Origin: Candidatus Electronema halotolerans | Lineage (GTDB): Bacteria; Desulfobacterota; Desulfobulbia; Desulfobulbales; Desulfobulbaceae | Length of the DNA: 32,000 nt | Reading direction: 5' to 3' | NCBI GenBank assembly: GCA_942493095.1 | Contig: OW818675.1 | Coordinates: 660,001-692,000 of the forward strand | Shown: one piece after another, positions 22,239 through 30,122 of the stretch | Layout: every line of letters begins with the position of its first letter | How positions within the stretch are numbered: position 1 is the first letter of the stretch | The notes under the pieces: generated by a model | What the model saw: only the letters and a program-made list of their open reading frames with translations | Databases searched by the model: none | Told to the model about the DNA's origin: nothing | Program-made: the position numbers and the translations under genes

Positions 22239-22880
22239 TCAGGGCTGGCCGCCCGCAGCAGCAGCCTGCGCGGCCAGAATATCCTGAAGTTTTTTCAGTT
22301 CAGCCAGTTCTTCTGGTGTCAGCGGCTCTGGAGGCGAACAGCGTTTGTCCGTCTTTTGCAGGGCTGAGGTCAGCACCGGCGTGTTGATCCCGCCAGGAAA
22401 AACGATGGGGGCGCAGCCGTGGTCATCCTCGCAGATCATGTCCCATTTCGGGGCTGCTTGGCTGTGGCAGGAAAAACAGGAACCAAACATGTTCGCAGGC
22501 CGTTCAGGGCCAAAGCCGCGCTCCTTGATCTTGGCACCTTGTTGAGACACGTCAAGAAGAAAGAACTCCCAGTCATTGCTTGCCGGACTGGCTCCTTTCT
22601 CCCGCTTGACCATTGCCTCACCAGGAAAAAGCTGGACAACCGTGCCAGGAGGATAGGTCCCGCCGTCAGCAGAGCTGGCAACTGCCAGCGTGTCTTGCAG
22701 ATTGCCGAGCAGGTTGTCAACATACATGCCCCGCACTTTGGTCATCTGATGCAGGCAGCGGAATGAGCTGTCAGTGACTTCAACAATCGTCTGGGCCGGA
22801 ACAGATGTCTTGCAGGCAGCCAAGATGGCCAGACAGGACAAGGCGCTGATCAGCGCAGCATGCTTTTTTCGGAACTGCAT
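22239..22880 (-). CDS. Cytochrome P460-like monohaem c-type lipoprotein
   Basis: Lipobox LAILAAC; GGTYPPGTVVQLFPGEAMVKREKGA...NDWEFFLLDVS...GFGPERPANMFGSCFSCHSQAAPKWDMIC with CxxCH haem site. Confidence 0.75.
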   Translation of the reverse strand: MQFRKKHAALISALSCLAILAACKTSVPAQTIVEVTDSSFRCLHQMTKVRGMYVDNLLGNLQDTLAVASSADGGTYPPGTVVQLFPGEAMVKREKGASPASNDWEFFLLDVSQQGAKIKERGFGPERPANMFGSCFSCHSQAAPKWDMICEDDHGCAPIVFPGGINTPVLTSALQKTDKRCSPPEPLTPEELAELKKLQDILAAQAAAAGGQP

Positions 22881-23150
22881 TCTCTCCTCCTTTTTCAGTG
22901 ATTATGCCAGCACCGGCAACCTGTTTTGCCGGAATATGATACAGTAACTGAATATGCCAAGGATGATGTCTTGTCAAGAGAAACTTGGTGAAACAAGCAC
23001 GGGAGCAGGGAGCATCCGCAGGAACCCGGAATGGGACAGGTGTAAAATAGGCGGCACCGATTACATTTTTCTCCCACAGAGTGCTATACTTCTCCTTGGA
23101 GAACAACGTCCCATTCAGGCAGTTCCGGGCAATAAAAAAAAGAGGAAACC

Positions 23151-24809
23151 ATGCTCAAACAGATCAGCATCTTGGCCATCATCAGCGCAATGACTCTGCC
23201 TGCTGCGGCCACCGCAGGCCCGCAGCAAGGCAAAAGCACCGAGGAACTCAGCCGCCGGATTGAAGAGCTGGCTCATGAACTGGACGAGCTGAAGGCGCAG
23301 CTTGCCAAGCAGGGGGAGCAGGCAGACGGCACGGCGGAGGAGATCAGCGGCAGAATGGAGCAGGTGAGCGGCAAAGTCGAGGGGATGAATGAAAAAGTTG
23401 CGGTAATGGACAGCAAGGTCGGCGAGATGGAGGAGAAGTCCGCAGCTATGGACTGGGCCTCCCGCTTCAAGGTGCATGGTGATTTCCGCGCCCGTTTTGA
23501 TGCCTACAGCGCATCCGGGGCAGACTTTTTCAATCTGAGCACTGGGCAGAAAGAAAGCCATGACTACAGCAACGACACCATGCTGACCAACCGCTTCCGT
23601 CTCAACATGGAGGCCAAGGCCACGGAATATGTCACCTTCAAGGGCCGCCTTGCCATGTACAAGGCTTGGGGCATGGAAAGCTATCCCCGCAATGACATGA
23701 ATAGCTGGTGGCCGCAGTTTGACGGCAATTCGACCCGCACTCCGTCTGACAATGCCCTCCGGGTTGACCGGGCCTTTGTCAACTGGACCGAGATTGGCGG
23801 CCTGCCGATCTGGTTCTCGATTGGCCGCCGCCCAACCACAGACGGCCCGCCCGCAGAGCTGCGTCTCGGCACGGGCAAGAAAATGGCCACTGCCGCCGCC
23901 TACATGGATTATCCTTTTGACGGCCTGTCCTTGGGCTATGCCTACGACTGGGGCAATGACGCGCTTGGCACCGGCCTTGTCCGCTTCTGCTACGGGCGCG
24001 GCTTTGAGAGCGGCCTGCAATGGGATGCCGCCGCCTTTCATGAGGGCACAAACATCGCCCCGCTCGACGACACTGATTTCACCGGCATCAGCTGGGATGT
24101 CCTGACCACAGAGAACCGCTTTCTCTACCTGCAATCCTTTGCCGCCCTCAACATGTTTCAGCGGCCCGCTTTTCTGGATGACGACTTCAATGCGGATGCC
24201 AACCACACTGAGGGCAACATTTATCACACCAGCACGGTCTATGAGAGCAGGTTCAAGCACTTCAGTTATTTTGCCGCAGGAGGATGGAGCCGCACTGATC
24301 CGGGCGGCAGCGGCATGTTCAACGACTACGCCACTGCCTCGCTCATGCAGGCTGACGGCAGCTTCAGCCCCAATCCTGACTGGCAGCCCAACAGCTCGGC
24401 AGAGAACGGCTTTTCTCTCTATGCCGGTCTCCGCTATGACATCCCTGACACAGGTTTGAAGATCGGAGCTGAGTACAACTGGGGTTCGCAATACTGGATC
24501 GCCTTCAATCCCGGCCATGACGACATGTATCTGTCCAAGCTGGCCACTCGCGGCCACGTGGCCGAGCTGTACATGCTGTACGACCTGCCGACCGGCGAGG
24601 CCCTGTCCCAATACGCCAAAACCTACCTGCGGCTGGGCTGGCAGCATTACTGGTATGATTACACTGGCGTGGATTGGAACGTCAGGCCTTATGATCTTGA
24701 TGACGCGCAGCTGATGACCGCCTACATGATGATGGCTTCAGAGAAAGGCATGTTGCAGCCGGTTGACAGCGCGAATCAGGTCTATCTCACCTTTGATGTC
24801 TTCTTTTAA
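23151..24809 (+). CDS. Outer-membrane beta-barrel protein with N-terminal coiled coil (DUF3373-like porin)
   Basis: Signal peptide, heptad-like ELSRRIEELAHELDELKAQLAKQ, then FKVHGDFRARFDAYSA...MLTNRFRLNMEAKATEYVTFKGRLAMYKAWG...FVNWTEIGGLPIWFSIGRRPTTDGPPAELR; alternating strands and C-terminal aromatic residue (VYLTFDVFF). Confidence 0.8.
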   Translation: MLKQISILAIISAMTLPAAATAGPQQGKSTEELSRRIEELAHELDELKAQLAKQGEQADGTAEEISGRMEQVSGKVEGMNEKVAVMDSKVGEMEEKSAAMDWASRFKVHGDFRARFDAYSASGADFFNLSTGQKESHDYSNDTMLTNRFRLNMEAKATEYVTFKGRLAMYKAWGMESYPRNDMNSWWPQFDGNSTRTPSDNALRVDRAFVNWTEIGGLPIWFSIGRRPTTDGPPAELRLGTGKKMATAAAYMDYPFDGLSLGYAYDWGNDALGTGLVRFCYGRGFESGLQWDAAAFHEGTNIAPLDDTDFTGISWDVLTTENRFLYLQSFAALNMFQRPAFLDDDFNADANHTEGNIYHTSTVYESRFKHFSYFAAGGWSRTDPGGSGMFNDYATASLMQADGSFSPNPDWQPNSSAENGFSLYAGLRYDIPDTGLKIGAEYNWGSQYWIAFNPGHDDMYLSKLATRGHVAELYMLYDLPTGEALSQYAKTYLRLGWQHYWYDYTGVDWNVRPYDLDDAQLMTAYMMMASEKGMLQPVDSANQVYLTFDVFF

Positions 24810-25337
24810 GCAAGGCGGATTGCACGACGTTTTGGCAGGCTCAGGGTGCTGAAGCAGTGCCCTGAGCCGCAGTCTTGCTGCGCGCCCGCTTTGCCCGCTG
24901 ATCAGTCTTCCTCCCGGCAACATTCCCTGTTGACAGAGGCAGCGCAGGTGCGTATCTTTGCTGATGAAGCATCCTTGCAGGCCGGGGAACGCTTCGCGCT
25001 GCCCAGCTTGGTGAAAATTGCAAAATCATTTCTGGTTTCATTTACTTATGGAATCTTTTCAGTTGTAGGTCGATTTTTGCCCATTTTTGCCCCTTTGGGC
25101 GGGCTGAACGGGCAAAAACGGCATTTTTGAAGCGGATATCTGACAAAATCTTTTAATGTCAAGTGGTTGGCTCGCTTTTTCAATGTTGAATTATCTTGCT
25201 GAATCTGCGTCATTATTTGGCAAAACCAACACAATGTAGTACCTCCTGCAAAATGAGGTGAAAATGGACCGGACAAGGGGAGGTTTCCAAAAACCGCTTG
25301 ACAACTGCCTGATTTTTCTGGTATGAAAATGGGCAGA

Positions 25338-25373
25338 GTCACAATGACACTCCGGGGCGCCCTGGGTTATGAC
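25338..25373. repeat. 36-bp direct repeat copy 1 (GTCACAATGACACTCCGGGGCGCCCTGGGTTATGAC)
   Basis: Differs at one base from the copy at 25410..25445. Confidence 0.9.
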
Positions 25374-25409
25374 AATCACATATACTCATACAACGTAGCC
25401 ACCTGTCTT

Positions 25410-25445
25410 GTCACAATGACACTCCGGGGTGCCCTGGGTTATGAC
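25410..25445. repeat. 36-bp direct repeat copy 2 (GTCACAATGACACTCCGGGGTGCCCTGGGTTATGAC)
   Basis: 35/36 identical to copy 1; separated by exactly 36 nt. Confidence 0.9.
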
Positions 25446-25456
25446 CGCATGATGGC

Positions 25457-25484
25457 GTAGGGGCGGTTCATGAACCGCCCCTAC
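25457..25484. repeat. 28-bp perfect palindrome GTAGGGGCGGTTCATGAACCGCCCCTAC
   Basis: Directly read; same family as copies at 27903, 28242 and 28499. Confidence 0.9.
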
Positions 25485-25728
25485 ACTTTTGATATTTCGA
25501 TAAAAATATCGCGCTGCACTCTGGGGTGCCCTATCACAGCAGGCCAGGCAAGCATCTTTCTGCCTGTCCGCCAACCACGCATGGCAGCTTTTCCACCCAT
25601 GCAGACAGTCACTCCGAATTCCCCCGGACCGTGTCCATCCGCTCCACGAGCACAGCAATGCGCCGCTGGTGGGGCTGATCCGCAATCACTGCTCCAGTCG
25701 GCTGGCGAGAAGTGCCTGCCTGAATTTG

Positions 25729-25757
25729 TTGACAGACGCAGGTTGGGTGCGTATGCT
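25729..25757 (+). promoter_or_regulatory. Putative sigma70-type promoter upstream of katA
   Basis: TTGACA - 17 nt - TATGCT, about 60 nt before the katA ATG. Confidence 0.55.
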
Positions 25758-25818
25758 GGCTGATGCAAAATTTCATTATCTGCATACGCGATCCCATTTT
25801 ACTTGGAGGAGTCACCCA

Positions 25819-27258
25819 ATGAGCGAAGCAAAGAAGCTGACCAACAATGTTGGCGCACCTGTGGCGGACAACCAGAACGTCATGACTGCCGGGCCGCGTG
25901 GGCCGATGCTGCTGCAAGATGTCTGGTTCTTGGAGAAGCTGGCTCATTTTGACCGCGAGGTGATTCCTGAGCGGCGCATGCACGCCAAAGGCTCCGGCGC
26001 TCATGGCACGTTCACGGTCACGCACGACATCAGCCAGTTCAGCAAGGCCAAGATATTCTCGCAGGTTGGCAAGGAGACCGAGGTCTTTGTCCGCTTCTCC
26101 ACTGTGGCGGGTGAGCGCGGCGCAGCTGATGCCGAGCGCGACATTCGCGGCTTTGCCATCAAGTTCTACACCGAGGAGGGCAATTGGGATTTGGTTGGCA
26201 ACAACACGCCGGTCTTCTTTCTCAAAGACCCGCTTAAGTTCCCTGACCTCAACCATGCGGTCAAGCGCGACCCGCGCACCAACCTGCGCAGTGCCCGCAA
26301 CAACTGGGACTTCTGGACCAACCTGCCTGAAGCTCTGCACCAAGTCACCATCACCATGAGCGACCGGGGCATTCCCAAGTCCTACCGCAATATGAACGGC
26401 TATGGCAGTCATACCTACAGCCTGATCAACGCGGCAGGCGAGCGGGTCTGGATCAAGTTCCATCTCAAGACTCAGCAGGGTATTGAGAACCTTACGGATG
26501 CCGAGGCAGAGGCAATCGTCGGCAAGTGCCGCGAGAGCCATCAGCGCGATCTGTATGAGAGCATTGAGAAGGGCGAGTTTCCGAAATGGAACATGAAGAT
26601 TCAGGTCATGACCGACGAGCAGGCCAAGAGCTGCCCCTTCAATCCCTTTGATCTGACCAAGGTCTGGCCGCATCAGGACTATCCGCTTCATGATGTGGGC
26701 GTGCTGGAGCTGAACCGCAACCCAGACAACTACTTTGCCGAGGTCGAGCAGGCTGCCTTCAATCCGGCCAGCATCGTGCCGGGCATCGGCTTTTCACCGG
26801 ACAAGATGCTGCAAGGGCGGCTTTTCTCCTATGGCGATGCCCAGCGTTACCGCTTGGGCGTGAATCATCACCTGATTCCAGTCAACCGCGCCCGCTGCCC
26901 GGTCAACTGCTATCATCGGGATGGGTCGATGCGGGTGGATGGCAACTTTGGCAGCACCCTTGGCTATGAGCCGAACAGCTATGGCGAGTGGCAGGAGCAG
27001 CCGGAGATGCGCGAACCAGCTTTGCCCCTGAGCGAGGCGGCGGATCATTGGAACCATCGCGAGGATAATGACGATTATTACAGCCAGCCCGGCAACTTGT
27101 TCCGTCTGATGTCACCGGAGCAGCAGCAGGTGCTGTTCGACAACACGGCCAGAGCAATGGGCGATGCGCCGGAGATGGTCAAGCGGCGGCACATTGACAA
27201 CTGCGCCAAGGCTGACCCGGCCTACGGCGCAGGCGTGGCCAAGGCTCTGGGAATGTAG
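25819..27258 (+). CDS. katA: Monofunctional haem catalase
   Basis: GGAGG RBS; [63 protein letters not shown]...[43 protein letters not shown]...[30 protein letters not shown] at 25819 chosen. Confidence 0.97.
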   Translation: MSEAKKLTNNVGAPVADNQNVMTAGPRGPMLLQDVWFLEKLAHFDREVIPERRMHAKGSGAHGTFTVTHDISQFSKAKIFSQVGKETEVFVRFSTVAGERGAADAERDIRGFAIKFYTEEGNWDLVGNNTPVFFLKDPLKFPDLNHAVKRDPRTNLRSARNNWDFWTNLPEALHQVTITMSDRGIPKSYRNMNGYGSHTYSLINAAGERVWIKFHLKTQQGIENLTDAEAEAIVGKCRESHQRDLYESIEKGEFPKWNMKIQVMTDEQAKSCPFNPFDLTKVWPHQDYPLHDVGVLELNRNPDNYFAEVEQAAFNPASIVPGIGFSPDKMLQGRLFSYGDAQRYRLGVNHHLIPVNRARCPVNCYHRDGSMRVDGNFGSTLGYEPNSYGEWQEQPEMREPALPLSEAADHWNHREDNDDYYSQPGNLFRLMSPEQQQVLFDNTARAMGDAPEMVKRRHIDNCAKADPAYGAGVAKALGM

Positions 27259-27270
27259 GTTCCAGAAGGA

Positions 27271-27302
27271 AAGGGCGGCGGCATGAGGCGTGTGCCGCCC
27301 TT
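27271..27302 (+). terminator. Stem-loop downstream of katA (possible terminator, no clear U tract)
   Basis: AAGGGCGGC...GCCGCCCTT immediately after the stop codon. Confidence 0.45.
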
Positions 27303-27322
27303 GATCCGGCAAACAGCAGATC

Positions 27323-27601
27323 ATGCACATTGAAATCCAGCAGCCGCAGCCTTTTGATCTGGTGGGACAGGAGATATTGATTGCTGGCAACGCGGCAGGC
27401 TTTGAAGGCCATGATGAATACCGTGCTGCCGCACGGGTTGGAGCAGCAGAACTGCGCCAGTTTCAGGCCAGCATCACCATTCCTGAGAACCATAGCTTCA
27501 AACTCAGCCGCCTGTTCGTCCGGGCAGCGGATGACAGTGGCGGTGAAGAGGGGATGAAGAGGATTAACAGAGCTTGGGAGATTGTGAAAAGTAAATTATA
27601 A
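27323..27601 (+). CDS. Small hypothetical protein (possibly Gmad2/Ig-like)
   Basis: MHIEIQQPQPFDLVGQEILIAGNAAGFEGHDEYRAAARVGAAELRQFQASITIPENHSFKLSRLFVRAADDS; P-x-P-x-D-x-V-G and FEG pattern are suggestive only. Confidence 0.5.
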   Translation: MHIEIQQPQPFDLVGQEILIAGNAAGFEGHDEYRAAARVGAAELRQFQASITIPENHSFKLSRLFVRAADDSGGEEGMKRINRAWEIVKSKL

Positions 27602-27782
27602 CAATCTTTTAAAGCAACAATACGAAAAAATAAAAAAATGCTTGACGATAACAAAAAAATAGTGGAATTTTGTAGCTGGTGAATTCAAGTTCCAAGTGCA
27701 ACTTTTTTTGGTTGCAAGAAAAGGCAGTTACGGGAGTAATGTAGGGTGCATCCCATGCACCATTCTCGCTTCCCCGCCATAA

Positions 27783-27852
27783 TCTCATCCCCCGGCAACG
27801 GTGCCCGATCAGGCACCTTGTCCAATATGCCCCTGAATGCGGCCCGGTCTGC
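27783..27852. repeat. 70-bp direct repeat, left copy
   Basis: TCTCATCCCCCGGCAACGGTGCCCGATCAGGCACCTTGTCCAATATGCCCCTGAATGCGGCCCGGTCTGC; 67/70 identical to 28543..28612. Confidence 0.9.
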
Positions 27853-27902
27853 ATTTTTGGTCCTCCTTTTCTGTTGACTTTCCCCGCCAAATTGGGCCTA
27901 TC

Positions 27903-27930
27903 GTAGGGACAATTCATGAATTGTCCCTAC
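27903..27930. repeat. 28-bp perfect palindrome GTAGGGACAATTCATGAATTGTCCCTAC (left of RAYT gene)
   Basis: Identical to 28499..28526. Confidence 0.95.
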
Positions 27931-27968
27931 GATAGGCGACGAAACCACGGGATATTCAATCATCTGTC

Positions 27969-28502
27969 ATGTCATACAACCCCGACATCCATCACCGCCG
28001 TTCCATACGCCTGCGCGGGTACGATTATTCTCAGGCCGGGGCGTATTTTGTCACCTTATGCACCCATAACCGGGAATGTTTGTTCGGAGAAATTGCCAAC
28101 GGAGCTATGCAATTGAATGCGGCGGGAAAAATTGTGGCGGACGAATGGTTGAAAATCGCGCAGATCCGTGATGAAATCGAATTGGACGAATGGGCCGTGA
28201 TGCCGAATCATCTGCATGGCATTATGGTTTTCACCGATAATGTAGGGGAAATTCATGAATTCCCCCTGCGCATGACCCAGACGCAACGCCGACAAATGGC
28301 ATTGCCAAAATTGGTCGGTCGTTTCAAAATGCTGTCCGCAAAACAGATCAACATTCTGCGCAACACGCCTGGTATTCCGTTATGGCAGGGCAATTATTGG
28401 GAACACATCATCCGCGATGAAAACGACCTGCGCCGCATCCGCGAATACATCTGCAACAATCCGGCCCGCTGGGAAGAAGATGATTTGTATCCCCATTCGT
28501 AG
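27969..28502 (+). CDS. REP-associated tyrosine transposase (RAYT / IS200-like Y1 transposase family)
   Basis: HHRRSIRLRGYDYSQAGAYFVTLCTHNRECLFGEIANG...DEWAVMPNHLHGIMVF (HxH catalytic motif)...GNYWEHIIRDENDLRRIREYICNNPARWEEDDL (Tyr-containing helix). Confidence 0.9.
   Translation: MSYNPDIHHRRSIRLRGYDYSQAGAYFVTLCTHNRECLFGEIANGAMQLNAAGKIVADEWLKIAQIRDEIELDEWAVMPNHLHGIMVFTDNVGEIHEFPLRMTQTQRRQMALPKLVGRFKMLSAKQINILRNTPGIPLWQGNYWEHIIRDENDLRRIREYICNNPARWEEDDLYPHS
28242..28269. repeat. 28-bp imperfect palindrome GTAGGGGAAATTCATGAATTCCCCCTGC inside the RAYT coding sequence
   Basis: Same GTAGGG...TTCATGAA...family architecture, read in frame as VGEIHEFPLR. Confidence 0.8.
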
Positions 28503-28526
28503 GGACAATTCATGAATTGTCCCTAC
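28499..28526. repeat. 28-bp perfect palindrome (right of RAYT gene; supplies its TAG stop codon)
   Basis: Identical to 27903..27930. Confidence 0.95.
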
Positions 28527-28542
28527 ATCTTGCCCTCCGTCA

Positions 28543-28612
28543 TCTCATCACCCGGCAACGGTGCCCAATCAGGCACCTTGTCCAATATGCTCCTGAATGC
28601 GGCCCGGTCTGC
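28543..28612. repeat. 70-bp direct repeat, right copy
   Basis: TCTCATCACCCGGCAACGGTGCCCAATCAGGCACC...; 3 mismatches to 27783..27852. Confidence 0.9.
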
Positions 28613-28665
28613 TCTTTTCGCCCGTTGCTTGATTACGATTCTTCGCAGGCTATGAATGATGAATG

Positions 28666-29088
28666 TCAAAGCGATTTCCACGGATTGAACACCGCCTGAT
28701 GACTGGGGGCAAAATCGTCCTCATTTCGGGTTACGACCACCATCTGATGTGCTGCTGCTGTGGCGGCAATGTAGCCGTCAATAATCGACATTCTCTGTCC
28801 TGCATCCTCTGCCTGAGCTTGCAGCATTCCCCACGCTTCAGCTATCGCACGATCAACAGGAATAATCCGGTCGCTGTAATCTGCCAGAAGCGTTTCAAGC
28901 CAGCCCAGCAGCTTGGTTTTCTTCTTTGATTCAGGCAGCCTCGTAATACCACGTTTCAACTCGCCAATCGTGAGCGCACTCAGAAACAGACGTTCAGAAG
29001 GAACTGAGGCGAGCCACTCCAGCACTGCCGCATTGGGAACCGGTCGCACCAGTTCAGAAATGACGCAGGTATCGAGCAGATAGTTCAT
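28666..29088 (-). CDS. vapC: PIN-domain ribonuclease toxin (VapC-like)
   Basis: MNYLLDTCVISELVRPVPNAAVLEWL...LFLSALTIGELKRGI...IDGYIAATAAAHQMVVVTRNEDDFAP; PIN acidic residues present. Confidence 0.92.
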   Translation of the reverse strand: MNYLLDTCVISELVRPVPNAAVLEWLASVPSERLFLSALTIGELKRGITRLPESKKKTKLLGWLETLLADYSDRIIPVDRAIAEAWGMLQAQAEDAGQRMSIIDGYIAATAAAHQMVVVTRNEDDFAPSHQAVFNPWKSL

Positions 29089-29372
29089 AGGTCAAGCTCC
29101 CGTGGATATTCCTGCCGCCGCTGAAACGGATCGTCAGCATCGAGCTTGGGGCAGCTCAACAGGAAGTCTGCAAATGACTGCTTCTGCGAAGTTAATTTTT
29201 CGTAGTCCCGAACTGACAGCACAACGACGGCATCAACACCCCGCCGCATGACATATTGCGACCCTTGTGTCAGAGCTTCATTGACGAGCTGACTGAATTT
29301 GTTTTTTGCATCCTGAAGGGTCCAGTTTGTCTTGAGGGTTCCTCGAAAAATACAACATCCATTCTGCTGCAT
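29085..29372 (-). CDS. Phd/YefM-type antitoxin
   Basis: WTLQDAKNKFSQLVNEALTQGSQYVMRRGVDAVVVLSVRDYEKLTSQKQSFADFLLS; 4-nt overlap with the toxin gene. Confidence 0.9.
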   Translation of the reverse strand: MQQNGCCIFRGTLKTNWTLQDAKNKFSQLVNEALTQGSQYVMRRGVDAVVVLSVRDYEKLTSQKQSFADFLLSCPKLDADDPFQRRQEYPRELDL

Positions 29373-29465
29373 TTGTTTTGTTATTTTTTATTTTAATATT
29401 GAAATTTCAGTCTATTATGTTATAATTTCGGCATCAATTCAACTCATGCTGCCGGAGATGCACAG

Positions 29466-30122
29466 ATGAACCAACTTGGATTTTTTGATTTTTATATTCG
29501 TCTTTCCCGAATTGACAAAGCAGGTGATCCTTTAGTTAAGATCAACAAGGCTATTGACTGGGAAATATTTCGGCCAATTCTTGAAGAAGCAAAAAGAAAG
29601 TCTGTGAAATCAAATGCTGGAGCTAAAGGTTATGATTCAGTCATGATGTTCAAAATTTTAATTTTGCAATCATTATACAATCTTTCTGATAAAGGGATGG
29701 AATATCAAATTCTTGACAGATATTCGTTTTCCAGATTCCTTGGACTTCGGGCGGCTGACAAAGTTCCAGATGCGACAACGATATGGCTTTTTCGTGAAAC
29801 TTTGACCAAAGCAGGAAAAATCGAGGAACTGTTTTCTGTTTTTGACGAATTTCTTGATGAAAATGGATATCAAGCCAGAAAAGGGCAGATAGTCGACGCT
29901 TCCATAGTCAACGCCCCGATCCAGCGTAACAGCCGCAAGGAAAACAAGCAGATCAAGAATGGTGAACAGCCTGAAGGATGGAGTGAGAATAAGCAGGCGC
30001 AGAAGGATACTGATGCCCGTTGGACCAAAAAGAACGGCAGAAGCTTTTTTGGTTATAAAAATCATATATCTGTTGATGTGAAGCATAAATTCATCCGAAA
30101 ATATGCGGTGACCAGCGCCGAG
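29466..30122 (+). pseudogene. IS5-like transposase, 5' part (219 codons), interrupted by IS4-like insertion
   Basis: MNQLGFFDFYIRLSRIDKAGDPLVKINKAIDWEIFRPILEEAKRKSVKSNAGAKGYDSVMMFKILILQSLYNLSDKGMEYQILDRYSFSRFLGLRAADKVPDATTIWLFRE...KHKFIRKYAVTSAE, continued at 31397 (VHDSNIFEELLD). Confidence 0.9.
30113..30122. repeat. 10-bp target site duplication, left copy (CAGCGCCGAG)
   Basis: Identical to 31387..31396, immediately bordering the inverted repeats. Confidence 0.95.

Noticed and set aside
23115-24647. 510-aa minus-strand ORF
   Set aside because: Antisense to the DUF3373-like barrel gene; high-GC shadow ORF.
25084-25118. TTTTTGCCC...GGGCAAAAA hairpin as terminator of the barrel gene
   Set aside because: About 275 bp downstream of the stop codon with a long loop; plausible but not strong enough to list as a feature.
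25338-25445. Calling this a CRISPR array outright
   Set aside because: Only two full repeats and one spacer, no cas genes in the window; kept as a repeat-level observation.
25609-26691. 360-aa minus-strand ORF
   Set aside because: Antisense to katA, whose plus-strand product is unambiguous.
29673-30122. C-terminal part of the 541-aa minus ORF as native transposase sequence
   Set aside because: Lies outside the IS borders and is antisense to the IS5-like gene.
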